From contig JAIFWV010000001.1 of NCBI GenBank assembly GCA_019659055.1, positions 72,123 through 117,223 on the forward strand: DNA of 45,101 bases, read 5' to 3'. Origin of the DNA: Candidatus Doudnabacteria bacterium. GTDB taxonomy: Bacteria; Patescibacteriota; Doudnabacteria; UBA920; O2-02-FULL-48-8. The translations under genes and the position numbers were made by a program. Numbering within the stretch: position 1 is the stretch's first letter; every line of letters starts with the position of its first letter. Shown here one piece after another: positions 37,027-45,101 of this stretch. The notes beneath the pieces were generated by a model that made no database searches, was not told the origin of the DNA, and saw only the letters and a list, made by a program, of their open reading frames with translations.

Positions 37027-37637
37027 AGTTCTTCAAGCTCGGTCTCATCGGAACTTTTGTCCGGGGTCGGGACTGTGGCGGCACTACCGCCGGCACTGGT
37101 TCCTTGTTTGATGACATTTTCTACCGCACCCCAAGTGGCATCCTTGTCTTTGGGTAAAACTATTGTAACTTCATCACCCGGCTCGGCTTTGAAATAAGTG
37201 AGACTGGCTAGTAAGACCCTGAAGGATTTACCTTCGGCAATCACCTTGTAATCGCCTTTGTCATCTTGGGTGAGCATCCCGAGAACCTTACGGCGCTCAA
37301 TAGGACCGATCTGTTTATATATGAATGAACCGTCATCGGCAATCGTAAGTTTGAGGACATCCCCTTCCACCAATTTACTCTTGGAGGCATAGTTTGCCGG
37401 GACTGGGTATTGTTTGCCGTCGGGGCCGATCATGTTTTGCCCGTCGAAGACGCCTTCGATGATCTTGCCGCCTTCGGACACAGAAAGAGACGCCGCCCGG
37501 CGGGATATTTCTCCAAGATCGGAGACAATCGTTCGACCGCCCATGAGGTCGCGTAAAAGCTGTTTGGCCGACTGAATATTCTTTTCCGCCGACTCAATCA
37601 TTTGGGCAATTAAAGCAAGATTGTTGGTGTTATCCAT
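37023..37637 (-). CDS. Conserved-looking hypothetical protein (N-terminal coiled coil plus beta-rich domains)
   Basis: IIEGVFDGQNMIGPDGKQYPVPANYASKSKLVEGD; start reassigned to MDNTNN at 37637. Confidence 0.8.
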   Translation of the reverse strand: MDNTNNLALIAQMIESAEKNIQSAKQLLRDLMGGRTIVSDLGEISRRAASLSVSEGGKIIEGVFDGQNMIGPDGKQYPVPANYASKSKLVEGDVLKLTIADDGSFIYKQIGPIERRKVLGMLTQDDKGDYKVIAEGKSFRVLLASLTYFKAEPGDEVTIVLPKDKDATWGAVENVIKQGTSAGGSAATVPTPDKSSDETELEEL

Positions 37638-37689
37638 ATTTTTATTTCTAGGGCTTAAGCTTAAGCAATACAGGCGTATTCTACGCAAT

Positions 37690-37698
37690 TTATCCACA
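37690..37698 (+). promoter_or_regulatory. Single perfect DnaA box
   Basis: TTATCCACA in an AT-rich intergenic stretch. Confidence 0.4.
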
Positions 37699-37778
37699 AT
37701 GCGTCAATATGCATCTTGTATATCGCCTAAATTGTTATTTAGTTTCAGTAAAGTTATTAACCTACCGGTATTATAACA

Positions 37779-37928
37779 CTAACCTTGAAGGTGCGCAAAC
37801 CGTTCTAAATCCGGCCAGGCCGAATCGGGTTTTTCGAAGGTTTTGCAATGCTCAAGCATGTGTTCTGCGTTCTCTTCAAACTCCGGGCTCGTGGTTTTCT
37901 CAAATTTTGATTCGAAATTTTCGCTCAT
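37779..37928 (-). CDS. Possible small hypothetical protein, 49 aa (not in the ORF track)
   Basis: MSENFESKFEKTTSPEFEENAEHMLEHCKTFEKPDSAWPDLERFAHLQG; ATGA overlap with the upstream stop. Confidence 0.4.
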   Translation of the reverse strand: MSENFESKFEKTTSPEFEENAEHMLEHCKTFEKPDSAWPDLERFAHLQG

Positions 37929-38338
37929 TGGGGTTGGTTTAAAAATTCGGCGAACTTGGGATACTTATTCTTTAATATATCAAGATTATTGTTGGCGTCA
38001 ATTGCATCTTCCAAAACCTGCATCGCAAGGTTTTGGTCCGTATCCATGATTCCGGCCACGAATTCGGTCACCTTTTTCTCGGCATCGCTGCGGCCTTGGC
38101 GTTCGATATAAACTGCGAGCTTCTGCTCAAACTTCTTGAGCTGAGGAAAATCTTTGGCCAGCTCCATAATCAGCCTCAACATATGCTCTTCGCTGTCGAT
38201 GAGATTTTTATGCGCCACCACGGCCCGGGCCATTTCTTTGGCTGTGCCCAGAGAGATCATACGCATGCGCATTTCCTCGGCCAGAAACAAGCAAAACAGG
38301 TGCGCGGCGTTGTCCTTTGGGTTCAATTTAGTTTGCAT
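37925..38338 (-). CDS. Hypothetical protein
   Basis: Helical ORF; start reassigned to MQTKLN because the longer start lies inside a palindromic repeat. Confidence 0.72.
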   Translation of the reverse strand: MQTKLNPKDNAAHLFCLFLAEEMRMRMISLGTAKEMARAVVAHKNLIDSEEHMLRLIMELAKDFPQLKKFEQKLAVYIERQGRSDAEKKVTEFVAGIMDTDQNLAMQVLEDAIDANNNLDILKNKYPKFAEFLNQPQ

Positions 38339-38346
38339 AGTTGTTC

Positions 38347-38452
38347 TACCCCTTCTAACCTCCCCTGTTCCAGGGGAGGAACAGACCAAAACCAAGCTGC
38401 GGCCTGGTTTGGGTTGATTCCCCTCCTAATATAGGAGGGGTTAGGGGAGGTA
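38347..38452. repeat. Second family of two-arm palindromic (REPIN-like) element
   Basis: Left arm TACCCCTTCTAACCTCCCCTGTTCCAGGGGAGGAA; right arm reverse complement TACCTCCCCTAACCCCTCCTATATTAGGAGGGGAA. Confidence 0.8.
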
Positions 38453-38463
38453 TTATATTTAGA

Positions 38464-40989
38464 TTATAGACTTCTTTCTACACTCGCCGGGCCAGTTTGA
38501 GCGGGGCTCCCGAGCTTGGTGCGTTCCAAAATGTCGGTTTCTACATCTCTGCGGGCTCGGCCAAAACTTAGACGCGACATATTGCGGACTATTTTGGCTG
38601 TGTCGAGATTTGCTCCTGGCGGTTTGGGGTAGGTCTGCATGTTAAACGGCCTGGAGGCTGTGCCGTTGATCATGAGTTTGACGTAGGCATTGAACCGCTC
38701 GATATTGATAACGTCGAACTCGTTGAACACCGGGGCAAATTCTTTGGCCATGATTTCGGCGTCCTCGACACCAATACGGAAGCTGACCATAGTCCCGGCG
38801 TTACCGAAGACGGCATCGCGCATGCGGGTATCCAGGCCCGACGAGCCTTCTTTCTCCTGGGCCAGCTGGGAAATAAACTGGTGCGCCATAATCAAATTGA
38901 GACGGTATTTGCGGGCCTCAGAGAGTATAGTCGCAAAGCTATCGGTGACGAAGTTCTGGAATTCATCGACATAAAGATAAAAATCCTTGCGGCTTTCTTC
39001 CGGGATATCGGACCGCGACAATGCCGCCATCTGAAGTTTGGATACAATTATCAGCCCCAAAAGTTTAGCATTGACCTCACCGGTTTTACCTTTGGATAAA
39101 TTGATGAGGAGGATTTTACCTTCGTCCATAACCTGCCGAAAATCAAACGACGAATGTGACTGCCCAATGATATTACGCATCATTTCGTTTTCCACAAACC
39201 TTCCGACTTTGGAAACCAGGTAGCCCAACATTTCGGATTTGTGGAAGTCCGAAGTTTTGGCCATTTCTTTTTCCCAGAACGACCGGACGATCGGATCTGC
39301 GACTTTGGAGACTTTGTATTTCTGAAAATCGGTGTCGGTAAACATGCGCGGAATATCCGCAAGCGTGCCCGGGTACTGCTTGTCCTCCATGAGCGTAAGC
39401 ATGACGTTGCGCATATTGTGCTCAAACATTGGGCCAATCATCTCCGGCGGAAACAGCTTCATAAAGATCGCAATCATTTCCTGCACGGCGAAATCTTTTT
39501 GCGAATCGTCTTTGACCTCGAGCATGTTGAGTCCCAAAGGGCGCTCCATATCGAACGGTTCAAAGAGGATGACATCTTGGGCACGCTCTTTGGGGATATA
39601 TTGCAAAACGTCTTCCACGAAATCCCCGTGCGGATCCACGATACAGACGCCCTCACCATTGCGGATGTCCTGGATGGCCATGTTCTTCATAAGTTCAGTC
39701 TTACCCGTACCTGTGCGGCCGATAATGTACTGATGTCGGCGGCGATCGTCGCGCTCGATAAAGATTTTGGTATCCTGGCCGCGATAATGACTTTCGCCGA
39801 GCAAGAGGCCGGCTGCTGGGGCATTCTGCGGCGGCGGGGCTTTTTTGGCATTGAGCCATTTGATATTTGGGGTTTCGGTAAATCTTGTCGGCAAGTGCCA
39901 AAGTGAAGCCAACTCTTCGGTATTGAGAATCTGTTTGGTGTTGCGGAACACCCGATAGACATAGTCGGTAATCACGCGTTTGGGCTTGCGCTTGAGCACG
40001 CGGAAGCCGTTGAACGGCGGCATCGTATATTGCATAAACGACGAGACGATGTTTTTGAGGTGGATATCGGCTGTGCCAGGATCGCTTGCAGCACTCACTA
40101 CGCGCAGGTTAAACTTGTATCCGGCGCGCGAGGCTTTCTCTTCAAACTTTTTCACGATCTCCTGTTGCATAGGAGTCAAATTTATAGGTTTGTCGAAGCC
40201 CGATGGATCAAATTTGTTTGGGTCTTTCTTGGACCCCATAGCTTCGTTGATCAGCTCGCCGGTAAATTTGCCCGTGCTTTTGAGAATTTTGGTCCCGATC
40301 GAAGCCGTCACGTCCGAAGGATTTTTCCCCTGCTGAATTTCCAATGCCAAATGCCGCGGTTTCTCCTGCCAGCTGTTGCTCGCCGGGGAAATAAGCAACT
40401 GGATAGCCGCGCCTTCATCATCGCCAAGTTTAGATAAACTATTCGTGAGCGCGTTGAGCGGATCGGTCTCCATGACTTTATAAGTCCGGACCGGGTAGAT
40501 ATAAGATTTCTGTAAACTCAGTTCTGCGGCGGCGGTCGCGGAACCTTTGTGGAAAATGTTGTAGGATTTTATCTGCTCGATCTGAGCTTTGGGGTACTGG
40601 GCATGAAGCTGTTTTTCTATAAGCGGCTGAAGTTTGCGGGGGACGTTGATGTAAAACGAAATTCTTTTGCCGATAGCAGCAATCTCAAACGAAATATAAT
40701 CATTGATATCCAAAAAATGCTGGATATTGAGCTTTTGATCGATATGCGCGATCGTGGAAAAAAATTGCTCAGCAATGGCAATAATGTCTTTCTCTTCTTT
40801 GGCCGCTTCCTGATTTGGGTCCGTGTTTTCTTTGGGGATAGTGACTTCCAAAAACACGGAATCCAAAAGTCTCGGGCCCCAAGTGTTTTTACGCAAATAA
40901 TCAAACAGGAAAAAATACAACATCAATCCAACCAGCCCGAGTACGGCCAGCAGGATTACCCAAAAAAATAATTGTGTTGCTCCTGTCAT
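38464..40989 (-). CDS. VirD4/TraD-like (type IV coupling/HerA-related) membrane-anchored ATPase
   Basis: N-terminal TM, DRRRHQYIIGRTGTGKT, VDPHGD, LYVDEFQNF, LSEARKYRLNLIMAHQ, AVFGNAGT. Confidence 0.9.
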   Translation of the reverse strand: MTGATQLFFWVILLAVLGLVGLMLYFFLFDYLRKNTWGPRLLDSVFLEVTIPKENTDPNQEAAKEEKDIIAIAEQFFSTIAHIDQKLNIQHFLDINDYISFEIAAIGKRISFYINVPRKLQPLIEKQLHAQYPKAQIEQIKSYNIFHKGSATAAAELSLQKSYIYPVRTYKVMETDPLNALTNSLSKLGDDEGAAIQLLISPASNSWQEKPRHLALEIQQGKNPSDVTASIGTKILKSTGKFTGELINEAMGSKKDPNKFDPSGFDKPINLTPMQQEIVKKFEEKASRAGYKFNLRVVSAASDPGTADIHLKNIVSSFMQYTMPPFNGFRVLKRKPKRVITDYVYRVFRNTKQILNTEELASLWHLPTRFTETPNIKWLNAKKAPPPQNAPAAGLLLGESHYRGQDTKIFIERDDRRRHQYIIGRTGTGKTELMKNMAIQDIRNGEGVCIVDPHGDFVEDVLQYIPKERAQDVILFEPFDMERPLGLNMLEVKDDSQKDFAVQEMIAIFMKLFPPEMIGPMFEHNMRNVMLTLMEDKQYPGTLADIPRMFTDTDFQKYKVSKVADPIVRSFWEKEMAKTSDFHKSEMLGYLVSKVGRFVENEMMRNIIGQSHSSFDFRQVMDEGKILLINLSKGKTGEVNAKLLGLIIVSKLQMAALSRSDIPEESRKDFYLYVDEFQNFVTDSFATILSEARKYRLNLIMAHQFISQLAQEKEGSSGLDTRMRDAVFGNAGTMVSFRIGVEDAEIMAKEFAPVFNEFDVINIERFNAYVKLMINGTASRPFNMQTYPKPPGANLDTAKIVRNMSRLSFGRARRDVETDILERTKLGSPAQTGPASVERSL

Positions 40990-41035
40990 TATTTTGTTTT
41001 TCTTCTACTTCTGTTTCGATTTTACGTCCGACTAC

Positions 41036-41377
41036 TTACTCGCCAGGAATTATCCTTTGCTGTTCTTCGATGGCACTATAGGGATCATCCGTGCCGGCAT
41101 CGATTTCCTTGATCCACGAGGTCATGACAAGTTTTTGATCTTCCTCGCTGAGTGCTTTGGTTTCTAGAGCACCTTCTGCTGAGGTCGCTTTCTGGGTGCG
41201 CTCAAGATTTTGGGCATCCACCATACTCCCGCTTTCGCTTAGATTCACTTTCTTAGAGGTATAAGTCGTACTACTGCGGCCTTCGCCGTCTTGCTGGAGT
41301 TGCTCCAAAAACCCTTCCGTTTCCGGAGAAGGTTTTATTGCGGGCTCTTGTTCTGGTATGTTTAATCGTTCTGACAT
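41036..41377 (-). CDS. Hypothetical acidic protein
   Basis: 113-aa ORF in the operon orientation; no motif recognised. Confidence 0.65.
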   Translation of the reverse strand: MSERLNIPEQEPAIKPSPETEGFLEQLQQDGEGRSSTTYTSKKVNLSESGSMVDAQNLERTQKATSAEGALETKALSEEDQKLVMTSWIKEIDAGTDDPYSAIEEQQRIIPGE

Positions 41378-41417
41378 GACTCGTAATTATACATTAATTT
41401 CTCGGTTTGAGCAATGC

Positions 41418-44400
41418 TTAAGCCCCGGCTTTTTTCTCCATATCTACGGTGAGACCCTTATGCCCAATCCTGACTGCCGTTATCTTTTGGCCATATTTCT
41501 GCTCTAGAACCTTTTTTATCAGATCAGGAATTTCATTTACGCGAGATTGGGCGAAGGCTCTGACCAGAATGTTGGCGTCTATTTGGCGCCGAATCATGAC
41601 TATTTTGTTGTCAGTGCTCTTGAATTCACCGCTAAACCCCACATCGTAACCTTGGGCATTTATCCGGCCTTCAATCCCGATCGATGCGGGATTTTGCTTC
41701 AAGTTCAGCTCTTTGACTGTAACATTGGAGTTTTTACCGAGCTCTTCCATAATCACCATTTTCAGATCATCCACGCTGAGGAGCTTGCTTTCCGTCTGTT
41801 CCTTATCTTCCCGGCGCTCTTTCTTTGTCCCGAGCTTGGCGTTTTCGATTCTGTTGACCTGAATTTTTCCGCCTGCCAATTCTTTCCAATCATCTTTTTT
41901 GAATCCCAAGGTTTGCATTATTCCGGCGAATTCCCGCTTGGCCGACCCATTGCTCGGATTGATTTTTTTGAATTCGTTGTAAATTGTGGTGAGTTGGTCT
42001 TCAATTTCTTGTTTCTCCGGTGCGCCATACTTTTCCATGCCCCGGATCCGATGTTTTAGTCGCCGTTCAACTAATTTCAGAGTCTCGCGGACTTTATTTG
42101 CTTCCGCTTCTCTTTCGGGATCGATAGGTATTTCGGCAGCAGACGGGCCTTCATTGACAATTTCGGCAGGCCTCGTCAATTCAACGTTGCCTGCGGGCTC
42201 TTCTACTGAGTCGGACGTGCTCCGCCTAACAGCTCTCTCCTTCCGCATTTCTTCTATCGCGGCGTTCTGCTTTCTCTCTTTATAATCACCAATCAAATCC
42301 TTTGCTTCTCCGATTGCCGTAGTCAACATAGGTTCTCCAGGAGGTGCGCCTCCGGTTCTTACCCTCGCGGTGACTTGACCCACACTTGAAAGCCTTGCTT
42401 TGCGTCTATCATCTTTTATTTTATAAATAGGTTTGATTTTATAATCATCCAGGGCTTTTTTCACGTTCTTTATACTCATAATTTCGACTGCGCCAGAAGG
42501 GCTTATTTTCCAATCATCTTTCTTGAAGCCTAACCAGTGCATCAATCGGCCTAAGAATTTTTCTCCCTGCTCTTCACCAATCAAAGGCTTGATCATGTGT
42601 CTATACTTTCCTGATAGCAGGGTCTCGAGTTGTCTGGTATTTGATTCGTTTAAAGTCTCGTATGGTTTTATCTGCTGCAGAAAATCATCAATTGATTTAA
42701 ATTTGATTGATTCGTTGTGAAAATCAGCGTAAGGGTCGATACCCCTGATCATTGCATCCAAGTACCGACGTGGACTAGAATCTGATCTCGTGGCTATGGT
42801 GCTTATGGTTTTGACATTAGGCTCGATGTTATCACCTTTCCTTTTGCCTCTGAAAACAGAGATCATTTCGCCGATATACATGTCTTCACCAACTTTAAGC
42901 GGACTATACCCTCCTATTTGAGCATAAACTTCGGCCGTAAAAGAAGTGTTCCAGCCTCCTGTAACAACCCTATTCCAGACGAAATTATTAGGGACGTCCT
43001 TGGGCCGGAATTTCTTATCACGCATTAGGACTTCCCAAAAATCATCCATTCTGCGGTTTAAGAAAAACATATCATTCTTGGCCATTACTTCCGGATATCT
43101 ATCCTGCTTGCCGCGTAAAGCGTCTAATTCGGGATTTTTGTCATATTTATTCATAAGGCGAACAACAGTTTCCGGATCAACTTCGAGCAAGTCTGCATCT
43201 TCAGATTCCATGTATAATTGTCCAGTGGGATTTTTCCTTTCTTGAGAGCGGAGCAAAATTAGATCTGCTAAATATTTCCGAGCTAAACCGACTCCAGCGG
43301 ATTCTCTAGGAAATTCTTTATCGATAACGTTTATCTGGTACTCTGGATGCTCATCTTTAAATTTCTTAATCACATCCACTGAATTATCAGCCGGAGCTCC
43401 CTGTGGCCTATTAACAATAATATCTATTTCATATATCCTAGGGTCTAATTTCTTACCATTACTTTCAATCTGTTTAGTGTATTGATCCAATAAACGTTCT
43501 AAATTTGCAGCCTCGTTATAAGCCGGAATCATTATTGCAACTCTAGTCTGATCGCTCATCGGCCGCATCGAGTCTTTCAATTGCCTTAACTCGTCGACAT
43601 AAGTTTTGGGCAGCTTGTCCAAATAATGTTTGATCCTTTCTCTTTCTCTAGATACATCTCTCGTCTTCTCAGGTGGCTGAGGTTCTATGCCTGCGTTCCT
43701 AAGCACTTCCTGGTAATTCTCCGGACGTCCCAAGCCATAGTACCTACCTAAGGGCAACGGCCCATTAGGGGTCTTCTCCAATGCAAATCTCGGCCAAAAT
43801 GGGAATGGGGTAATCCAATCGGGATTCTGGGGCGGGCGGACATCGATCACTGGAATTTTGTGATCAATAGAAGTGCCGCCAAGAATTTCATAATTATGTC
43901 CTTGCGTAGTATTCAGCACATGACCGTCGAAGCGTTCTTCCATAAATCGAAAAGGAATACTCCCATCGTGCAGTTTGGCTTCGGAATCAAACAGACCCCA
44001 TGTCGCTTTAGGCAGTGGGAGTTTGTAGCCATCGACGAGCGCTTCATTCGACATCGCACTCAATCCCAATTTATTGGCTTCCTCAGTCGGGATAATCACC
44101 GCCTGGAAATGCTTGGCATATTCTTCTGGCTTGTCACCCACACTGATCAAAGTCTTGGCTAAATCTACAAGTTTGTGGTCAATTGAACCATCCGGGCTTT
44201 TACCAAAATCAGGATCGCTCAAGGCACGCTTGGCATTTTCCGCCATGTTATGGGCCAAAGCTTTGATATTCATGAATACCATGCCACTGCCTGGATCCCG
44301 TTCCAAATACTGCATCTGCTGTTTGCCTTCAAACTCTATCGGCTTACCGAACCACTTGCTAAATACCTTTCCTGCTTCATCATGCCAATGGACGCGCGCA

Positions 44401-45101
44401 TACTTACCAAGATCCGGCAAAAGCTGTTTCAATTCATCGACGGATGCAATATGATTTTGCGAGCCAAGTTCAATATCGCCCTGCGCAGAAGACTCACTAA
44501 ATCCAAAACTGTGTTCTTTGAGATCCTGTAAAGCCTCTGGCGTAAACTTACCATGATCAACTTCCAGATGACTTGCCGAGATGTTGCCATCATTATCAAT
44601 AATATCTACGAAGTGCTTACCATGTTCGAGGTGGTCGGCAATAGTATATCCTGGCGGCAGATTTACCCGGCCACCATCAGGTAAAACATTGGCAGCCAAA
44701 GCGCCGGAATAAGTTTCGTAGGGGCTTTCACCGCGAAGTTTATGCCATGCTCCTTCGATAAGAGATCCATGCTTCTGAGAATCAAAGAATGGAATCCCGT
44801 GCCCGCGGAGCTGGTCGATACCAAACTGGGCCACGGCTCCCCCAGCGATGCCCATAACGCCTCCGAGAATCCCGGCTTTAATTTTCTCCTTCTTTTCGAA
44901 TTCATCGAAGCGTTCGTTCGCGCCGTTTATACCTTTGATAACTTCGAGTCTTTGTTCCTGGATAAGGTTTTCAAGATCCGCATCGGTCATACCGTCCAGT
45001 CCCCGCGCATTTTGCAGTGCCTCTCGCAGTGTATTTAAACCAAACCGCCTGGTTCCCTTTTCGCCGCCGCCTTTACCGGAAACAGAGATCAGATTTTTCC
45101 T
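41418..45101 (-). CDS. Large multidomain protein with a GT2 (GT-A) glycosyltransferase domain; 5' end lies outside the window
   Basis: Frame stays open from 44990 to the window end; VAIMIPAYNE, GVGLARK, EDAD (DxD), IGGY, GEDM; Gly-rich hydrophobic segment GILGGVMGIAGGAVAQFG. Confidence 0.8.
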   Translation of the reverse strand, partial: RKNLISVSGKGGGEKGTRRFGLNTLREALQNARGLDGMTDADLENLIQEQRLEVIKGINGANERFDEFEKKEKIKAGILGGVMGIAGGAVAQFGIDQLRGHGIPFFDSQKHGSLIEGAWHKLRGESPYETYSGALAANVLPDGGRVNLPPGYTIADHLEHGKHFVDIIDNDGNISASHLEVDHGKFTPEALQDLKEHSFGFSESSAQGDIELGSQNHIASVDELKQLLPDLGKYARVHWHDEAGKVFSKWFGKPIEFEGKQQMQYLERDPGSGMVFMNIKALAHNMAENAKRALSDPDFGKSPDGSIDHKLVDLAKTLISVGDKPEEYAKHFQAVIIPTEEANKLGLSAMSNEALVDGYKLPLPKATWGLFDSEAKLHDGSIPFRFMEERFDGHVLNTTQGHNYEILGGTSIDHKIPVIDVRPPQNPDWITPFPFWPRFALEKTPNGPLPLGRYYGLGRPENYQEVLRNAGIEPQPPEKTRDVSRERERIKHYLDKLPKTYVDELRQLKDSMRPMSDQTRVAIMIPAYNEAANLERLLDQYTKQIESNGKKLDPRIYEIDIIVNRPQGAPADNSVDVIKKFKDEHPEYQINVIDKEFPRESAGVGLARKYLADLILLRSQERKNPTGQLYMESEDADLLEVDPETVVRLMNKYDKNPELDALRGKQDRYPEVMAKNDMFFLNRRMDDFWEVLMRDKKFRPKDVPNNFVWNRVVTGGWNTSFTAEVYAQIGGYSPLKVGEDMYIGEMISVFRGKRKGDNIEPNVKTISTIATRSDSSPRRYLDAMIRGIDPYADFHNESIKFKSIDDFLQQIKPYETLNESNTRQLETLLSGKYRHMIKPLIGEEQGEKFLGRLMHWLGFKKDDWKISPSGAVEIMSIKNVKKALDDYKIKPIYKIKDDRRKARLSSVGQVTARVRTGGAPPGEPMLTTAIGEAKDLIGDYKERKQNAAIEEMRKERAVRRSTSDSVEEPAGNVELTRPAEIVNEGPSAAEIPIDPEREAEANKVRETLKLVERRLKHRIRGMEKYGAPEKQEIEDQLTTIYNEFKKINPSNGSAKREFAGIMQTLGFKKDDWKELAGGKIQVNRIENAKLGTKKERREDKEQTESKLLSVDDLKMVIMEELGKNSNVTVKELNLKQNPASIGIEGRINAQGYDVGFSGEFKSTDNKIVMIRRQIDANILVRAFAQSRVNEIPDLIKKVLEQKYGQKITAVRIGHKGLTVDMEKKAGA

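Noticed and set aside
37640-37780. Replication origin
   Set aside because: Only one perfect DnaA box, no cluster, and no dnaA/dnaN nearby.
38339-38395. Upstream start for the 37925 ORF, and plus-strand ORFs crossing 38033-38434
   Set aside because: They run through the palindromic repeat or are antisense shadows of a real gene.
33849-40989. A complete T6SS or conjugative T4SS locus
   Set aside because: Only Hcp and one VirD4-like ATPase are present, separated by housekeeping genes; no sheath, baseplate, VirB or relaxase genes.

Overview
A gene-dense bacterial chromosome segment, almost all on the minus strand. Gene content and style suggest Patescibacteria/CPR (inference, not a search result). 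Standard code 11 fits: TGA ends atpF, lepA, murD, ftsW and trxA at the expected places. Housekeeping content: the full F-type ATP synthase operon, pepF, lepA, a partial cell-wall cluster (mraY, D-aminoacylase, murD, ftsW, DUF4012-like, murJ), a DD-carboxypeptidase, trxA, dnaX, three tRNAs (Thr-CGT, Gly-CCC, Gln-TTG), a MacB/LolD-type ABC pair, a VirD4-like ATPase and a 5'-truncated giant protein with a GT2 domain. The best candidate for an undescribed system is a small GIY-YIG nuclease gene bracketed by two inverted hairpin arms (36130-36480). The same two arms occur joined with no gene between them at three other sites: two gene junctions in the atp operon, and in frame inside dnaX. This looks like an autonomous/non-autonomous REPIN- or MITE-like pair built around a GIY-YIG nuclease instead of a transposase. 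Other notable items: an orphan T6SS Hcp with a signal-peptide-like N-terminus; a TrpR-like gene flanked by a 26-bp palindrome and a degenerate copy of it; a GNRA-rich structured RNA candidate; a structured tRNA-Gln 3'-end duplication in front of an Arr rifampin ADP-ribosyltransferase; and several other palindromic intergenic elements. All protein calls come from motif recognition by eye; no database search was run.
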